A program made the translations under genes and the position numbers. From contig NC_092670.1 of NCBI RefSeq assembly GCF_964355755.1, positions 26,956,795-27,020,794 on the forward strand: DNA of 64,000 nucleotides, written 5' to 3'. Below, piece after piece: positions 37,527-49,666 of the stretch (position 1 is the first letter of the stretch; every line of letters begins with the position of its first letter). The notes beneath the pieces were generated by a model that saw only the letters and a list, made by a program, of their open reading frames with translations, did not search any database and was not told the origin of the DNA. This DNA is from Antedon mediterranea. Lineage: Eukaryota > Animalia > Echinodermata.

Positions 37527-37621
37527 CTGCCAATGCAATTTTAGAATATTTAAATAAACAAAACAGACCATACAGTGGAACTGATATATTTAGCAATTTA
37601 CACCAGAAGTATGGGAAAACT
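37527..37621 (+). CDS. PSMC3IP: HOP2/PSMC3IP coding exon 2 (winged-helix domain)
   Basis: Polypyrimidine ttttag| then (A)ANAILEYLNKQNRPYSGTDIFSNLHQKYGKT|gtaagt, which matches the HOP2 signature ILxYLxxQNRPYSxxDxxxNL...GK. Confidence 0.88.
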
Positions 37622-39858
37622 GTAAGTATTTTAGAGTTTAAACGTAAAATTTTTAGTGGAAACAAACTTTGAATAAAAAAACAATACTAAAATACTGTTA
37701 CTATTTTCCTAAAGATAAACAAAAATCACACTAGATAGATACTACAAAATCAACACTATCAATATAATTTGACCACAGAAACCTATTAACATGTCAAGTA
37801 CTACCAAATTCTTTTCAATTGCCAATTACTGTTATTTCCTTTCGAACAAATATTTATATTATGCTTTATTAAGTGCATAATGTGTTTTGCATTCAAATGG
37901 AACTCAGCAAAATACTAATATGCTATTTTTTTTTATAATGATTTACATCAGTGTTTTTGTAAACGTGTTATTTTGTTACTTCCCAGAAATTTTATATAAA
38001 ACTATTGTAGTAGTATTTTATTATTTAAGAAAATCATTCCACTCTGCCAATTAATTTGCAGTTCAATTTTCATACATTTTCCAACTTAAACAAATACATT
38101 ATTTCATGTCTGTTCACCATGGAATAATTCTTAACAAGATGCATCACATTAATTATTCATTTATAAAAAACAAAATTTAGCTATTGTAATTCATGTTGTC
38201 CTATAACAAAAAAATAGATTTTAATTTAGCATAGGACATTGAACTCTGAAACTGGAATCTAAGCTGTTTTTTTATTGTGACAAATTGATTTTCACATTGG
38301 TAGAATTGTGCACATTTAACATCAAAACCTTTTTACATTTAACGGCGTGATGTTTGCACATCATTACTGGATTATAAATTTTTACAGACTTGCCCATTTG
38401 AAGGTAAAATGTTTGCACAAATATTATTTTGCTATTCTTGGGTGTGCCTCACTTGTTTCAACGGTCAATTTGATTGTAGTTGAACCAGTTCAATTTTGAT
38501 GCTTGATGATTAAATCTAACTGTTCCTGTCTCTGTTTCATAAAAAAAGGCGTAATGTTGCCAGTCTGCTTTACATAGTTAATTAGCGTGTACGTTCAAAG
38601 CACAAGTAAGTTATTGAACTTGACTTATTATTCGCTTTTAATTTAATTGGTTTTGAAAAAACTTTCAAATAAAGCAAATATACTTAGTACAAAATGGATG
38701 TTGCTTAGAATTCTAGGTGGTGCTTTGAATGGCTGGAACCAGCATAATTACACCCATGACTTTGGCTTTAAATTTGGTTTATTCAAATATCAATTCAAAG
38801 TCTACTTCTTTCCATAATTAGGTTATATGCATTATCATGCATCTTATTGATTTTGTCAGAATCTAGATTTTGTTTATTCTTTCCATAGCAATATTTTGTC
38901 CCTTAATTATCTTGAGATCAATTTCATCTAGTTAAGTCAATTTTCGTATATTCCTTATGGCCAGGAATCGATTTGGTTATGTTTTCACGATGCGCAATCA
39001 AAAATTATGCGGCTACGCATGATTTAACGAAATCACGTTTTTAATCATATCTTCATAAGCATGTATCGTAGTTAAACCAAATTTGGTACGCATGCTTACA
39101 ATTTTCAAAATTGATTTTCGATGTAGTTAGAGTACGTTTCAGGCAAATTTATGCGTTAAACATTAATGCGCACTCTTTTTGCCCGATTTCTGTTTTACAA
39201 CCTCTCTTTAGTAATTTCATCATATTTTATTCACTTTTCAACTCGAAATTGCGTTATACGAGCATGTCAAAAGTGACATGCTACACACATGTAAGTTAAC
39301 AAAACAAAATACGATTTTTTTATGTCCGTATTGCAAGTGTATAAACTATACGCCTGATTTATAATGAAATCGAGAGAAACTTTGTCTTTATTATTATGTA
39401 ACAAGAGTGGTATGACATATACGTGTTGGGTTGTTGTTTTATTCAAGTGGCTCGATGTGCAGTGATCATATCTTTCATATATTATAAATAATTAAAGATT
39501 ATGACAAAATCAATATATCTTTATTTAAATCAATGCATCTGTAACCTTTAATTCGTCATAGTGACAAATTAAATCTAGTTGATAATTAGTTTGATTATTA
39601 TGTATCTTTAAAAATCATATTGCCTACAGTATATCAGTATTAAGGTAATTTCATGTTCTACTTTAATAAATTTCATCTATTCAATATTAAAAAAAGTCAA
39701 TTAGAGTCAATTATATATTAAAACTAGGGCGTCTCAACATTTTTGAATTTCAGAATGATTTAGGACTAAATATAATCTGGTTTTAGGAGAGAATAATACT
39801 ACTCTTTCTTGAATTCCTGATCTATCGTTTATATATAAAATTTTTAGAGAGAAATATA

Positions 39859-40740
39859 CCGTATATTTTGGTGTATAAGTCGCACCTGTGTATAAGACGC
39901 ACCCCCTAACTGAGAGTAAAATATCGGTATTTTTTATATCGTCGGTGTATAAGACGCACCTTATATTTCATCAAAACAATGTTTTTTTAAATTGTAATCA
40001 ATATTATTGTAATAATATATTTTGTTATATCTGCAACGGCGTCCTTTATTTAGGTTTTTTTCTTACCTAGGCTCGGCCGCGCCAAGCCTCAACAGCCTCA
40101 ACATCGAGTGCATGACCGTGTGTGTAACATGTACGTGTGGGCTAGCCTCGCTCGATCATTTCGAGAGGGCGCACGTTTTCACGGACAATCGTATTCGATT
40201 AGTATCTATGTATGTATCCGAGAATTGAAGTGTGTACGCTAGGTCCATGCTATAATCACCTGGAGAATATACTAGTCGAATACCGTACACCATGTGGCGC
40301 GCCGCCAAGAGGGCTTGCGCTGGGGGTACGGCGATCGTGCGTATAACTACTGTATAAATAAATACAAAGAACAAGTTCTTTGATAAATACTAGGCCTAGG
40401 CCTATTCCAATCGTACGTAAACGTTTACAAATGAAATTTTATCGCCATAATGAACAAATCTTTTCATCATATTTAGTATAACATCATGCTAAAATGCCTT
40501 GAAAACTAGGCAGAAGCAGGTTGCCGTTACGTTAGTTAGTTACTGTAGCTAGGCCTAGGCCTAGCCTACTCAGCTCAGGCCTAGCAAACGAGGTGACGAT
40601 AGCCTAGTAGGCCTAGCTAGGCTAGGCCTATATGTACAATCTGTGTGGTGAGGCATTTATGTTCGGTGTATAAGACGCACCCTTAATTTAGAGGTCAAAT
40701 TTGCGTGTCAAAAGTGCGACTTATACACCGAAATATACGG
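39859..40740. mobile_element. Tc1/mariner (Tigger/pogo-type) MITE
   Basis: TIRs CCGTATATTTTGGTGTATAAGTCGCAC / GTGCGACTTATACACCGAAATATACGG, TA TSD, internal GTGTATAAGACGCAC repeats. Confidence 0.9.
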
Positions 40741-42146
40741 TATGTTTATTTGATTGATTGACACCTAACCTAAACCTTTAAATGTGCTATTTTAGTAGAA
40801 CAGTCATGCAATACAGTAGTTCTTACTTTTACGCTTAATGTTGATTTGATTGCTCACTGTAAAAAAGGTTCACACAGACAATTAAATGCTACCTATTTTG
40901 AAAGAAAAATGGCTGAGAGAGTAGGCCTACAGTTAGTGAAAACCATCAACAGGAAATTAATTGATTCTAATGACAGCTGTTTCAGGTTTTTAAATTTTAT
41001 TGAAATGCAATTAACCATTTCAATTGACAAGACAATATTTCTTGTTTATATGAAAATGACATTGATTAACATTCAACAAAAGTACTTCTTCATTATATAT
41101 ATTTGTTGATGTTTCTTTATAAACTTTTTATTTTTAAAATCTAAAATTGACATGTTTTATTACTGTTGTCTTGAACATTTTAGATATGATATACACTTTA
41201 TTGTCAAACTGTAACTGTGTTGCCTATTTGGTAAAACCAAGTGTATAAATTAAAAAAAAAAGGGACCAAAAAAAAAAAAAAGTAGTGAAGATTTAATTTG
41301 TTTTTGCCTACTGGAATTTTATACTTTAATTAATGTTTATGCTCAATACAGGGGTTAATATTATGGGATATTATTACAGTTTTTTACACACTCTTTAGGT
41401 GGTGGGGGATCTGGTATTGTATTTATTCAATAATATTAATAGTAATAATCATTGCTTCCATCTTGAATCAATGTCGAAGGCAATGTGGGAAGCTAGGCTA
41501 TTCGAAAAAGGTGAAGGTGACAGAACACAAAAACAAGTGGACATGGTTTTTAAATTTTTTAATTTATTATTTCTTTTTTTCACACCATTGTACTAAATTA
41601 TTATTCAGTATAATCACCACAAACCTGCTGCTTCCATCCACTCAGCAAGCAGCTCCATGTTGATCGCAATAGAAATAGTGGGAAAATAAAAAATACAGTA
41701 GATGGTGCAGAAATGTGTATTAATGAATGACAAGAATGTGCCTACATACAGTACAAATATCTCATATTTTCAATTGAAAACACAGGATGTTTATTGAATT
41801 GAGCTAATTTTCCAAAAAAATTATACTTTATAATCATTTGTTTTGATTTTATCTGAATTAATAACATTAGATGGGTCATGGACTCCCACATCATCATCTG
41901 GGTCTGTACATCTTCAGTTCTATTCTATCAAAAATAATGTTCATTGTGACAACCTTATAAATATTCCTATTGTTTGTAGCTTGTAGTATTCGTCTGTCAC
42001 TGAATAGATGAATTGTACACAGATTGATTGTCCTTGTAACTTTTAATGAATTAAAAAAACATAGTTTTTGTTATCTTGTTTTGACATCATAGTAAATTTT
42101 AAACATCAAATTGTGTCCAGTATACACACATATTTCTGTGTGCATT

Positions 42147-42172
42147 CCCGCCCCCACAGGATGAACCAATCA
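42147..42172 (+). promoter_or_regulatory. GC box and CCAAT box upstream of the Ig gene
   Basis: CCCGCCCCC (42147) and CCAATCA (42166), ~350 bp before the ATG in AT-rich sequence. Motif evidence only. Confidence 0.3.
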
Positions 42173-42516
42173 GCTGATGTACCATGACTAAGACACAGTC
42201 TTGCCATCAACTCTAAGAGTTTCCTTCCGATACACTATGCTATAACTAAAGTGATTCTTAGTAACTGACAAGTAGAGCGTTGTTGCATGTGTATCTCATA
42301 AAAGTGTGCGTTATTGCAACATTTTATCATTTCGTTTCTCTGCTCATTGAAGATTATCCAATCCAGTGTCTTACTACCAACTGTGAAATTATATCATGTA
42401 ATTTGGACCATTTGCTGTTTTGGAACTCCATTACACTTTACAGTATTTGAATTTATCCAGGATTTAATATGTTTGATTAGCCAACTCTTAATTGGATTCT
42501 TAGAAGTATTGAAAAT

Positions 42517-44406
42517 ATGTATGTACTAATACAACTTTTGATAGTAACGTTTGTATATGAAAGTCACGGTGCTGTTACATGGCGTGTAGAACCAAACGAC
42601 ATTATTGCTTTCACTGGTGAAACAGTTACCATGTCCTGCATTGCATCTGGAACAAACTCATCCAGATCAGAGCGTCAGTTCCAATGGTATAAATTGTATG
42701 ATCCACGTCGTTTGAGTAAGAACCATATTCTGTTGTCTAGTACACCAACAGACAGAATATCTGTAGAAATTGATAAGCCAAGAAAGCGATATTCTTTAAT
42801 GATTAGAAATGTAACTGAGGAAGATACTGGACAGTTTCAGTGCATTTTGAAAGATGGTAATGTACCTGAAATTCATTCAGACGTTATAGTGTTAAACGTC
42901 ATTGAACCTCCTATTGAAGGATATACCCCTTGCAAACATTACAATGGTTCTAAAATGCTGTTGACGCCCTCTGGACAAGCAACTATTCGCTGCGAAAGTA
43001 TGCTCGATGATTTTAAGCCAAATCCATCGGCTACTCGTTCTGCTCACAGTAGCTGGCCAGATGTTGACCGTACTCTAAGTGTACTTAATCTACAGAATGG
43101 TACCGTTCTGCTTAAAGAAACTGAACAATCTAATAAAAATTCTGTTCAATTCTGTTCAACAAATATTGCTGCTTTGTCTGCTCCAGAGTCGTGTACCCTT
43201 TTACCAGATCTGCCTAAATTACCAGTTCTAATATCACCATCAAATAAAGCTATCGACTATGGTGATGACCTAACTTTTCAATGTATTATGGTTCAATCTT
43301 GGGAAATTATTGAGTACCGTTGGTATATTGAGGGAGCTCTGCAACCGTCTAGTATGTTCCTTGCTAATAACAGTCAAAGCCTGAGCATGAAAAATATCAA
43401 AGGAGTTATAGGAGAATATAAAGTAATATGCCAAGTAACCGATAGATGGCACTTAAGTATAAATGCTACAGCTATCGTAACGATGAAAAATGCACCCACT
43501 GTCACGACAATTGAACCCATAAGGGTAGCAAAACCGTCAACATCTGTAGCTTCAACTACTACATTTGTTTCACCATCGCTAATTGCTTCAAAATCACCCC
43601 CAAACAATGTAGATGAATCTGCAACAACTATGGATATGCAACATATTAGTATTTTGGTTGGTCCAATGATGGCTTGTATTATCCTTTTTGTTTTTTCCAT
43701 AGTTGTTTTATGGTATCATTCAAAATTAAAGAAAGAACGACAAAATCTTAAAAACCAATTAAAAGACCAGAAATCAGAGGATATAACTAACCAGGCCATT
43801 AAGCTGCGAGGTCGCCGCTATTCAGACTCTGTGATTAATCGACAAAGTGTGCTATACGAAACAGACTATGAAAATGTGGAATCGGTTTCCAGACACCGAA
43901 GCCTTTACATTGATCAACCCTCTAAAAATTTCATGCGTGGTAGTCATACCATGATGCCTCCAGTTCACGCAAACTTAAAGGTAAAAATTGAAGTGCCAAA
44001 TCTGACTGCTGCTTTAAGCCAAAGTGATCCAAATTTACATGCCTTTGAAGTAATCCAAAATCAAGATACTGTTTCTTCAACTATTACAGATACAACATTT
44101 GTTAAAACTGAAACAATTATTGAAACAGAAAATGAAGCGATAATTGATATTAGTGAACTCGCTGAGGAAGATATTCCACCACCGCTTCCCGCACCTAGAC
44201 GACCAAATTCTGAAATTGCTAATAGAATTTGTGACAATCAAAATAAGGATCATTATTATGTTAATTTAGGTCGACAGGCACGACTACAGCGTATTCCTCC
44301 AATACCGCCTCCACGCTCTTGTAATGGTAATATACCTTGTGGACTCCCATTTAGGAGATCAAACTCAGAAATTTTACATCCTGGAAAGATTACTTTACCT
44401 ACTTAG
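42517..44406 (+). CDS. Intronless Ig-superfamily type I transmembrane receptor (629 aa)
   Basis: Signal peptide; Ig domain (VTMSC...FQWY...DTGQFQC); another Ig domain (LTFQC...YRWY...VICQV); S/T stalk; TM helix ISILVGPMMACIILFVFSIVVLWY; cytoplasmic YENV, YVNL and PxxPxR motifs; uninterrupted 1890-bp ORF. Confidence 0.9.
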   Translation: MYVLIQLLIVTFVYESHGAVTWRVEPNDIIAFTGETVTMSCIASGTNSSRSERQFQWYKLYDPRRLSKNHILLSSTPTDRISVEIDKPRKRYSLMIRNVTEEDTGQFQCILKDGNVPEIHSDVIVLNVIEPPIEGYTPCKHYNGSKMLLTPSGQATIRCESMLDDFKPNPSATRSAHSSWPDVDRTLSVLNLQNGTVLLKETEQSNKNSVQFCSTNIAALSAPESCTLLPDLPKLPVLISPSNKAIDYGDDLTFQCIMVQSWEIIEYRWYIEGALQPSSMFLANNSQSLSMKNIKGVIGEYKVICQVTDRWHLSINATAIVTMKNAPTVTTIEPIRVAKPSTSVASTTTFVSPSLIASKSPPNNVDESATTMDMQHISILVGPMMACIILFVFSIVVLWYHSKLKKERQNLKNQLKDQKSEDITNQAIKLRGRRYSDSVINRQSVLYETDYENVESVSRHRSLYIDQPSKNFMRGSHTMMPPVHANLKVKIEVPNLTAALSQSDPNLHAFEVIQNQDTVSSTITDTTFVKTETIIETENEAIIDISELAEEDIPPPLPAPRRPNSEIANRICDNQNKDHYYVNLGRQARLQRIPPIPPPRSCNGNIPCGLPFRRSNSEILHPGKITLPT

Positions 44407-44727
44407 TGTTCTATAAACAATAAGTAGTTACATTAATTTTGTTAGTTCTTCGCCATTTACTACAGATACAGTCCCATCGAAAGCGATTGATTTCGCTGTA
44501 GGAGTCCCTTGGGTCTAGCATGTGTGATGTATGTGTTATTGTTTGTTTTGTAAAATCCGTAATAAATTGAATTGAAGCATGTAAATGTTATTTTTAGTAT
44601 GAAATTTGTATTTAATAAGGCAAAAAAGAAAAAATGAAAGTAAACCAAAAAATTGCACAATGCACATGAGATTTTACCATTTTGCTTTATGTATTGTTTG
44701 AAGGTTTGCATGGTGAAATCAAATGTT

Positions 44728-45104
44728 TATATAAAGTTTGCAGTACACTACGTATATTAGTTTTGAAAAGACCTGTTGTGTTTCTCTCAACGTTTCGATC
44801 AATATGCTTTGATCGTTATCAGGAGTGAGAATGCAGAAAGTCCAGGAAACTTATTGGAAAAGGGTGGGACTGGTGTGAAAGCCAGAAACAATGGGAAGTT
44901 CACACAGTGTGAAACTATAGCTATAGCAGAGCATTCTTTCTCATGAACAATAGTGAATGGAAACTGGCTATAGAAGAGCATTGTTTCTGATAGGTGTGAA
45001 AAGCAAACTAAAACCAATAGCATTGTCTCCTGGACTTTGTGCATTCTCACTCCTGAGGATGATAAAAGCATATTGATCGAAACGTTGAGAAATTCAACAG
45101 TTCT
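44728..45104. mobile_element. Penelope-like pLTR remnants in inverted orientation with hammerhead motifs
   Basis: ~44769-44850 is inverted relative to ~45025-45104; both carry a CTGA(GG/TA)A...GATCGAAACGTTGAG core; a third partial copy lies at ~46905-47023. Confidence 0.65.
45049..45090 (+). ncRNA. Minimal type I hammerhead ribozyme motif
   Basis: ctc-CTGAGGA-t-[gataaa agcata ttgatc]-GAAAC-GTT-gag: CUGANGA and GAAA boxes, short stem I ctc/gag, palindromic AACGTT stem III, one mismatch in stem II. Confidence 0.55.
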
Positions 45105-45300
45105 ACCACTCCAAGGGTCCTGGGTTCAAGTCCCGTCACATGTCAGGATTTTTTCCAATTCCACTCCCAAAGACTTGTAAGAAGACTTTGTTTATGTAGA
45201 GCATCTTGTGTATATGTTTGTTTTGTGAACCTCTGAGGGTCCCTAATGATCAGCATTAGCTGGATGGATCACCCTCATTAAATATGGTTTTAAAAAAAAA
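45105..45300 (+). repeat. 5'-truncated tRNA-derived SINE
   Basis: B-box GGTTCAAGTCC followed by a body, a 3' hairpin (GAGGGT...ACCCTC) and an A-rich tail. Confidence 0.5.
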
Positions 45301-45689
45301 CCAAAAAGAAAAAAACCATTTTGCTTTAATTTGAAAAATGTCACTATGCAATACATATAATTAATATATATTGTACAGTATGTATTTTAGTAATTACTTT
45401 ACCAAATCCTTAATTAGTCTTTTATAAGAATCCTAAAGCAATTACTTTTAATTTATTTAATTACGGCCATTTCTTTGATTGCAATTTGAAATGCCGCATA
45501 GTTATAGAATATTATAAAATACAAATTACTATGCAAACATGATAAAATATGCAATGCTGATCATTCTTGTTGATTGTTAGTTTTGGGATTTTTCACTGAA
45601 CAAAATAGACCATGATCAATTAAACAACATTTTGGACATGGGAATTATCAAATTTATAATTAAAACAGAGGTGTAAGAGAGTTAATCAA

Positions 45690-46027
45690 ACATACGGCTT
45701 TACCACGTCGAATCACCGAAGTTACGCGACGTTGGGCCTGGTTAGAGCTTGGATGGAAGACCATCTGGGATTAACGGGTGCTGTATACGGAGCTGGGGTC
45801 CCGTTAGGCATTTGAAATCAGCACTGCTGACTCTATGGCAGCCCCTGCATCTAGTATCTGCCTCAGACCGCTGGTCAAGGTGGGCACTGGACGAGAGAAG
45901 CCCTTGATCAATGTTAGGACCAATCAAGGTGCTTTAAGCAGTCCTGGCTTTTTTTGTATCAAACCTGTTAGTGGCGGTAATTATCGCTGTTGGTTTCGAT
46001 TAAATAAAATAAAAATAAAAATAAAAT
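45690..46027 (+). mobile_element. 5S rRNA-derived SINE (SINE3-type)
   Basis: Head TACGGCTTTACCAC...GAAGTTACGCGACGTTGGGCCTGGTTAGAGCTTGGATGGAAGACCATCTGGGATTAACGGGTGCTGTA aligns to 5S rRNA with an internal deletion; then a ~210-bp body and an (AAAAT)n tail. Confidence 0.85.
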
Positions 46028-47690
46028 GAAATAGATGTCTGATCGGCTTAAATCTGTGCGTGTGAATGCTAATGTCAATACTGTGAACAATGCAATGTTT
46101 TTCCACTATTATTTACAAATAATACAATTATTTATATGAGATATTTGTATGAGATTAAATAGTATGTATACAGTATCCCAATTAGTTTTTGAATTTTTCA
46201 GATCCTTTTTGAATTATAGATACAATTTGTTTCGAGTATATTTGGATTTACTTTACGTTTAATATTTCAATTGTAGGTAATTTAAGGCAGATGTTTAAAG
46301 ATTATGACTCAAGCAGTGATGTCATTGTTGTCTCTTATTATTATATGGCTTTTAATACTGTGAATAAATTACTGTACTTTTATTTTAAAAAAACAATGAA
46401 GGCTAGCCAAAAATGGATGGTCATTTGAGATATGGATTTATTGCTTAACTCTTTCCTGTCCTATAGTGTATGATGATACATTTTTTAAATGTAAAAACAA
46501 ACCGGTAAAGAATACAGTAAGAGAGAGTGTAATACTCAAAAATTAAATCAGTTGTTGTTTATTTTATTTAAATAAAATAAATGTATTGTTCAAGTTTCTC
46601 AATTTAATGCATGTAAAAATAAATGCTATGTGGACCTATATTGTGTTTATATTTTCATCTTCAAACAGTTTCAAATAGCCGATTCTAATATTAGGTATGC
46701 GGCCCCCTATAAATACCAGAATGCATTGCTCATGGATTGATATTTGTAGGAAGTTTTTTTATTATTTCTATGTTTTCTTTATTATACAGTATCTTTAAAT
46801 ATTAATAGATAAAATTATACTATATTTGTTTACTTGTATACTTTTTTTTAATACTGTATCGAGAAAGATATATTAACAACCATTAAAACAATAGATAAAT
46901 TATGTTGATATAAAGTTTGCGGTACACTACGTATATTAGTTTTGAAAAGAACTGGTGAGTTTCTCTACGTTTCGATCAATATAACTTTGATCGTTCTGTC
47001 TTGATTGCAAACTTTATACCAACATATTGAGTCTATTTCATACCTAGCTTACTTGGATAAAACAACAATAGCCTTTCTCCTCGAAAAGTAGAAGTTTTCA
47101 TTGAATCCCCCTCTCCACAAATGGTATAGTCCATGAACTATGCCCTCAAGAGGGAGCCTGCCCACAAACCACCATCATCATTTCATTTCGAGACATGAAA
47201 GAATTAACATGTTTTCGGAGTGTCGCAAAACCTAAGATCACGAAAGCCAAGATCCCCAAAGACCTAAAGATCACGAAACCGAAAAGATTACAAATTCTAA
47301 GATATACGACAGCTTAAAAACAATAATTGTTTATCTATACACAATTTTAAACATAGTAGGTTTCATTTATTAATGCTTTTTGCCATAAATTTAATTACAA
47401 GTACTTATCACAAACAGAAATAAACTCACAATATTTTCGCCCGTTGAGTAAATATATACCTTTGTTTCACAACAAACAAACTTGACAATTTGTTTGTTGA
47501 TATATATTTACTCCATTGCGTTGGTTTCAGGGCGTGTTTTCCTTTCGCACCTGCATTTGTATTTTGACTCCAAATTAATTCAACTAACTTTATCCTGAAT
47601 ACCACACCTTAGAATTAGGCCTCATAAGTACTTTTATGAAAGAGATCCACATAAAAAGTAACAAATAAATATAAATAAAAATTGGTGATT

Positions 47691-48239
47691 TTACAGACGT
47701 GTTTCTCGCACACTTTCGCATACTCAACTTTCAATATTTTCGTTTCTAAGGAGCGCCAAAAGAGCAACAATAATAGAGGGCTAAAAACTTGATGGAATGC
47801 GTCTACATTTAATGCATTTATTGGTGAAATGCACGTTTGATTTCAATATATTTTGTCAATTTGTCACTAAAAATTCTGTAATACTGTATGTTACTGCTGA
47901 TACTTTACTATTTTCTAAGAATATTAATTGAACTTAAAATCAGCATCACTACTCTCACCCTGGCCTTGTCATAAGGGCGACCTAAAGGGGATATGATGAA
48001 TTTTTCAATTTTATTCCTAAAGCTAACAAAACCGTGTAAAGTATCAACAGTAACATTTTATTTGTATTGAAAGTGACAAAATATATTGAATTGAATATGA
48101 TTTTCCCCAAAAAATAAGTTAAATAGAGGGATTACACATAGTTTTTAGTCCTCTATTAATGTTGCTCTTTTGATGTTCCATAGAAACAAAATATTAAACA
48201 TAGAGTATGCAAAATTTGCATGAGAAAAACGTCTGTAAA
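47691..48239. repeat. ~550-bp imperfect palindrome (MITE-like)
   Basis: TTACAGACGT...AAAAGAGCAACAATAATAGAGGGCTAAAAACT is mirrored by AGTTTTTAGTCCTCTATTAATGTTGCTCTTTT...ACGTCTGTAA. Confidence 0.7.
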
Positions 48240-48807
48240 TGTAGGCTAAAAATTAAAACAATAGTACAGTGGATATGGAACTTTGACTTTACTTTTGACC
48301 AGAAAATAAAAGACGCTAAAGAAAAATTGTGCTGTGTAAATTAGATGATGCGCGCAAACGCATAGGCCTAACGAAAGTATAAAAATGCCAGACTATATTA
48401 TTTTGGGTGTTTTTTGTGGTGTATTAATTATTTGATACGTAGAGATAAAAAAAAAAGTGGACAAAAATCGAATGAAAAATACACTGCTGCGGAACCACGA
48501 ATTAAGTTTATTCATTTACAATTTATTTTAATTTCACTGGTTTTGATATTTTGCAATTTTTTTGCTACTTTTGTAATTAAAGTGTGGTCCACTCGGTTTG
48601 TCTGCCTTACCGGTAATAATAATTCGCATGGCATGATTTTTATGTATAATAACGTAGCGTACTTTTCCCGGCCAATATATTTTTGTTTGTACATAATTTT
48701 GGGACCCCTCATGAGATGTCACAAAATAAACCTGAATATTCATTAATCATGTCTAAAGCTAATGTTAGAAATGAGCTAACAATTCGCTATACAAAGATTT
48801 TTCTGTT

Positions 48808-48885
48808 GAGGCGTCTGTGTAGTCGAGTGGATTAGGCTATGGACTTTACATGTTGATGTATGGGGTTCGAATCCGATGAGCAAGA
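48808..48885 (+). repeat. Degenerate tRNA-derived SINE head
   Basis: TAGTCGAGTGG A-box and GGTTCGAATCC B-box; no intact stems. Confidence 0.45.
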
Positions 48886-49160
48886 GAGATTATTTAGATG
48901 GTTAGGTTTAGTTATATTTAGGAACTTAAGTAGTTCGGCTATCTTTTACATACGAAACGAATGTACGAAATAAGAAATCGCTTCCCGGCCCCTGACAAAT
49001 TGTTTTTTTGTTGTAAAATTGTCAACAATACAATTCGGGACTACTTACAGCCATTGATTTTGTTATACACAGACTTTTCCTTTACTTTGAAATATCTGTA
49101 AGCTACAAAATGAAAGCAATACTGGATTTGGGGTGCGCTTTAGAAAGTGACAACGTGCAT

Positions 49161-49565
49161 TGTAGTGAATATATTTTAGTTGGTTCCGAGCTTTCTCAGG
49201 CGTATATATTTCCACGCGACGTACACAGCTGTCACTGAATGATAACTCATACAAAAAGTATATTTAACTCAACTAGAACTTTTATTCCTTGTAATTCGAT
49301 TAATACATCTTTCTACCACTACCAGTCAAGCCTTAATATTTTCTTTATCATCTTTCCGTTTATCTACTCTGATCTTATTCTCTCTTCTTCTTTAATATCT
49401 ATTACATTCCACTTTTATACTGGACATGCAAATTTTAGGCTTCAGAGGAGGATAACATTTTCCCTCCAAAAATTATACGATTTTGATTGGCTAATAATAT
49501 AAGGCGGACCTGGTCTAAAGCATCCTTATCTAAACACAGAGAATCACAACATAAATAATATGACA
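49161..49565 (-). repeat. 3' LTR
   Basis: Near-identical to 55163-55567 (2 differences seen by eye). Confidence 0.95.
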
Positions 49566-49666
49566 TTCCCCTTTTTGGGAAAAAGATTGTGTCAATCTTT
49601 CCAAAAATTTAACATTTAAAACCATTTTACTTTAAACTATCTACTAATAACACCTCTATAATATAT

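Noticed and set aside
41399-41596. HOP2 exon 3 candidate (tttag|GTGGTG)
   Set aside because: The translation lacks the expected ...L...KxYGKQKIY motif.
45690-45790. Functional 5S rRNA gene
   Set aside because: Internal deletion, multiple substitutions, no T-run terminator, and it runs into a SINE body.
49239-49502. 87-aa ORF repeated at 55241
   Set aside because: Chance antisense ORF within the LTRs.
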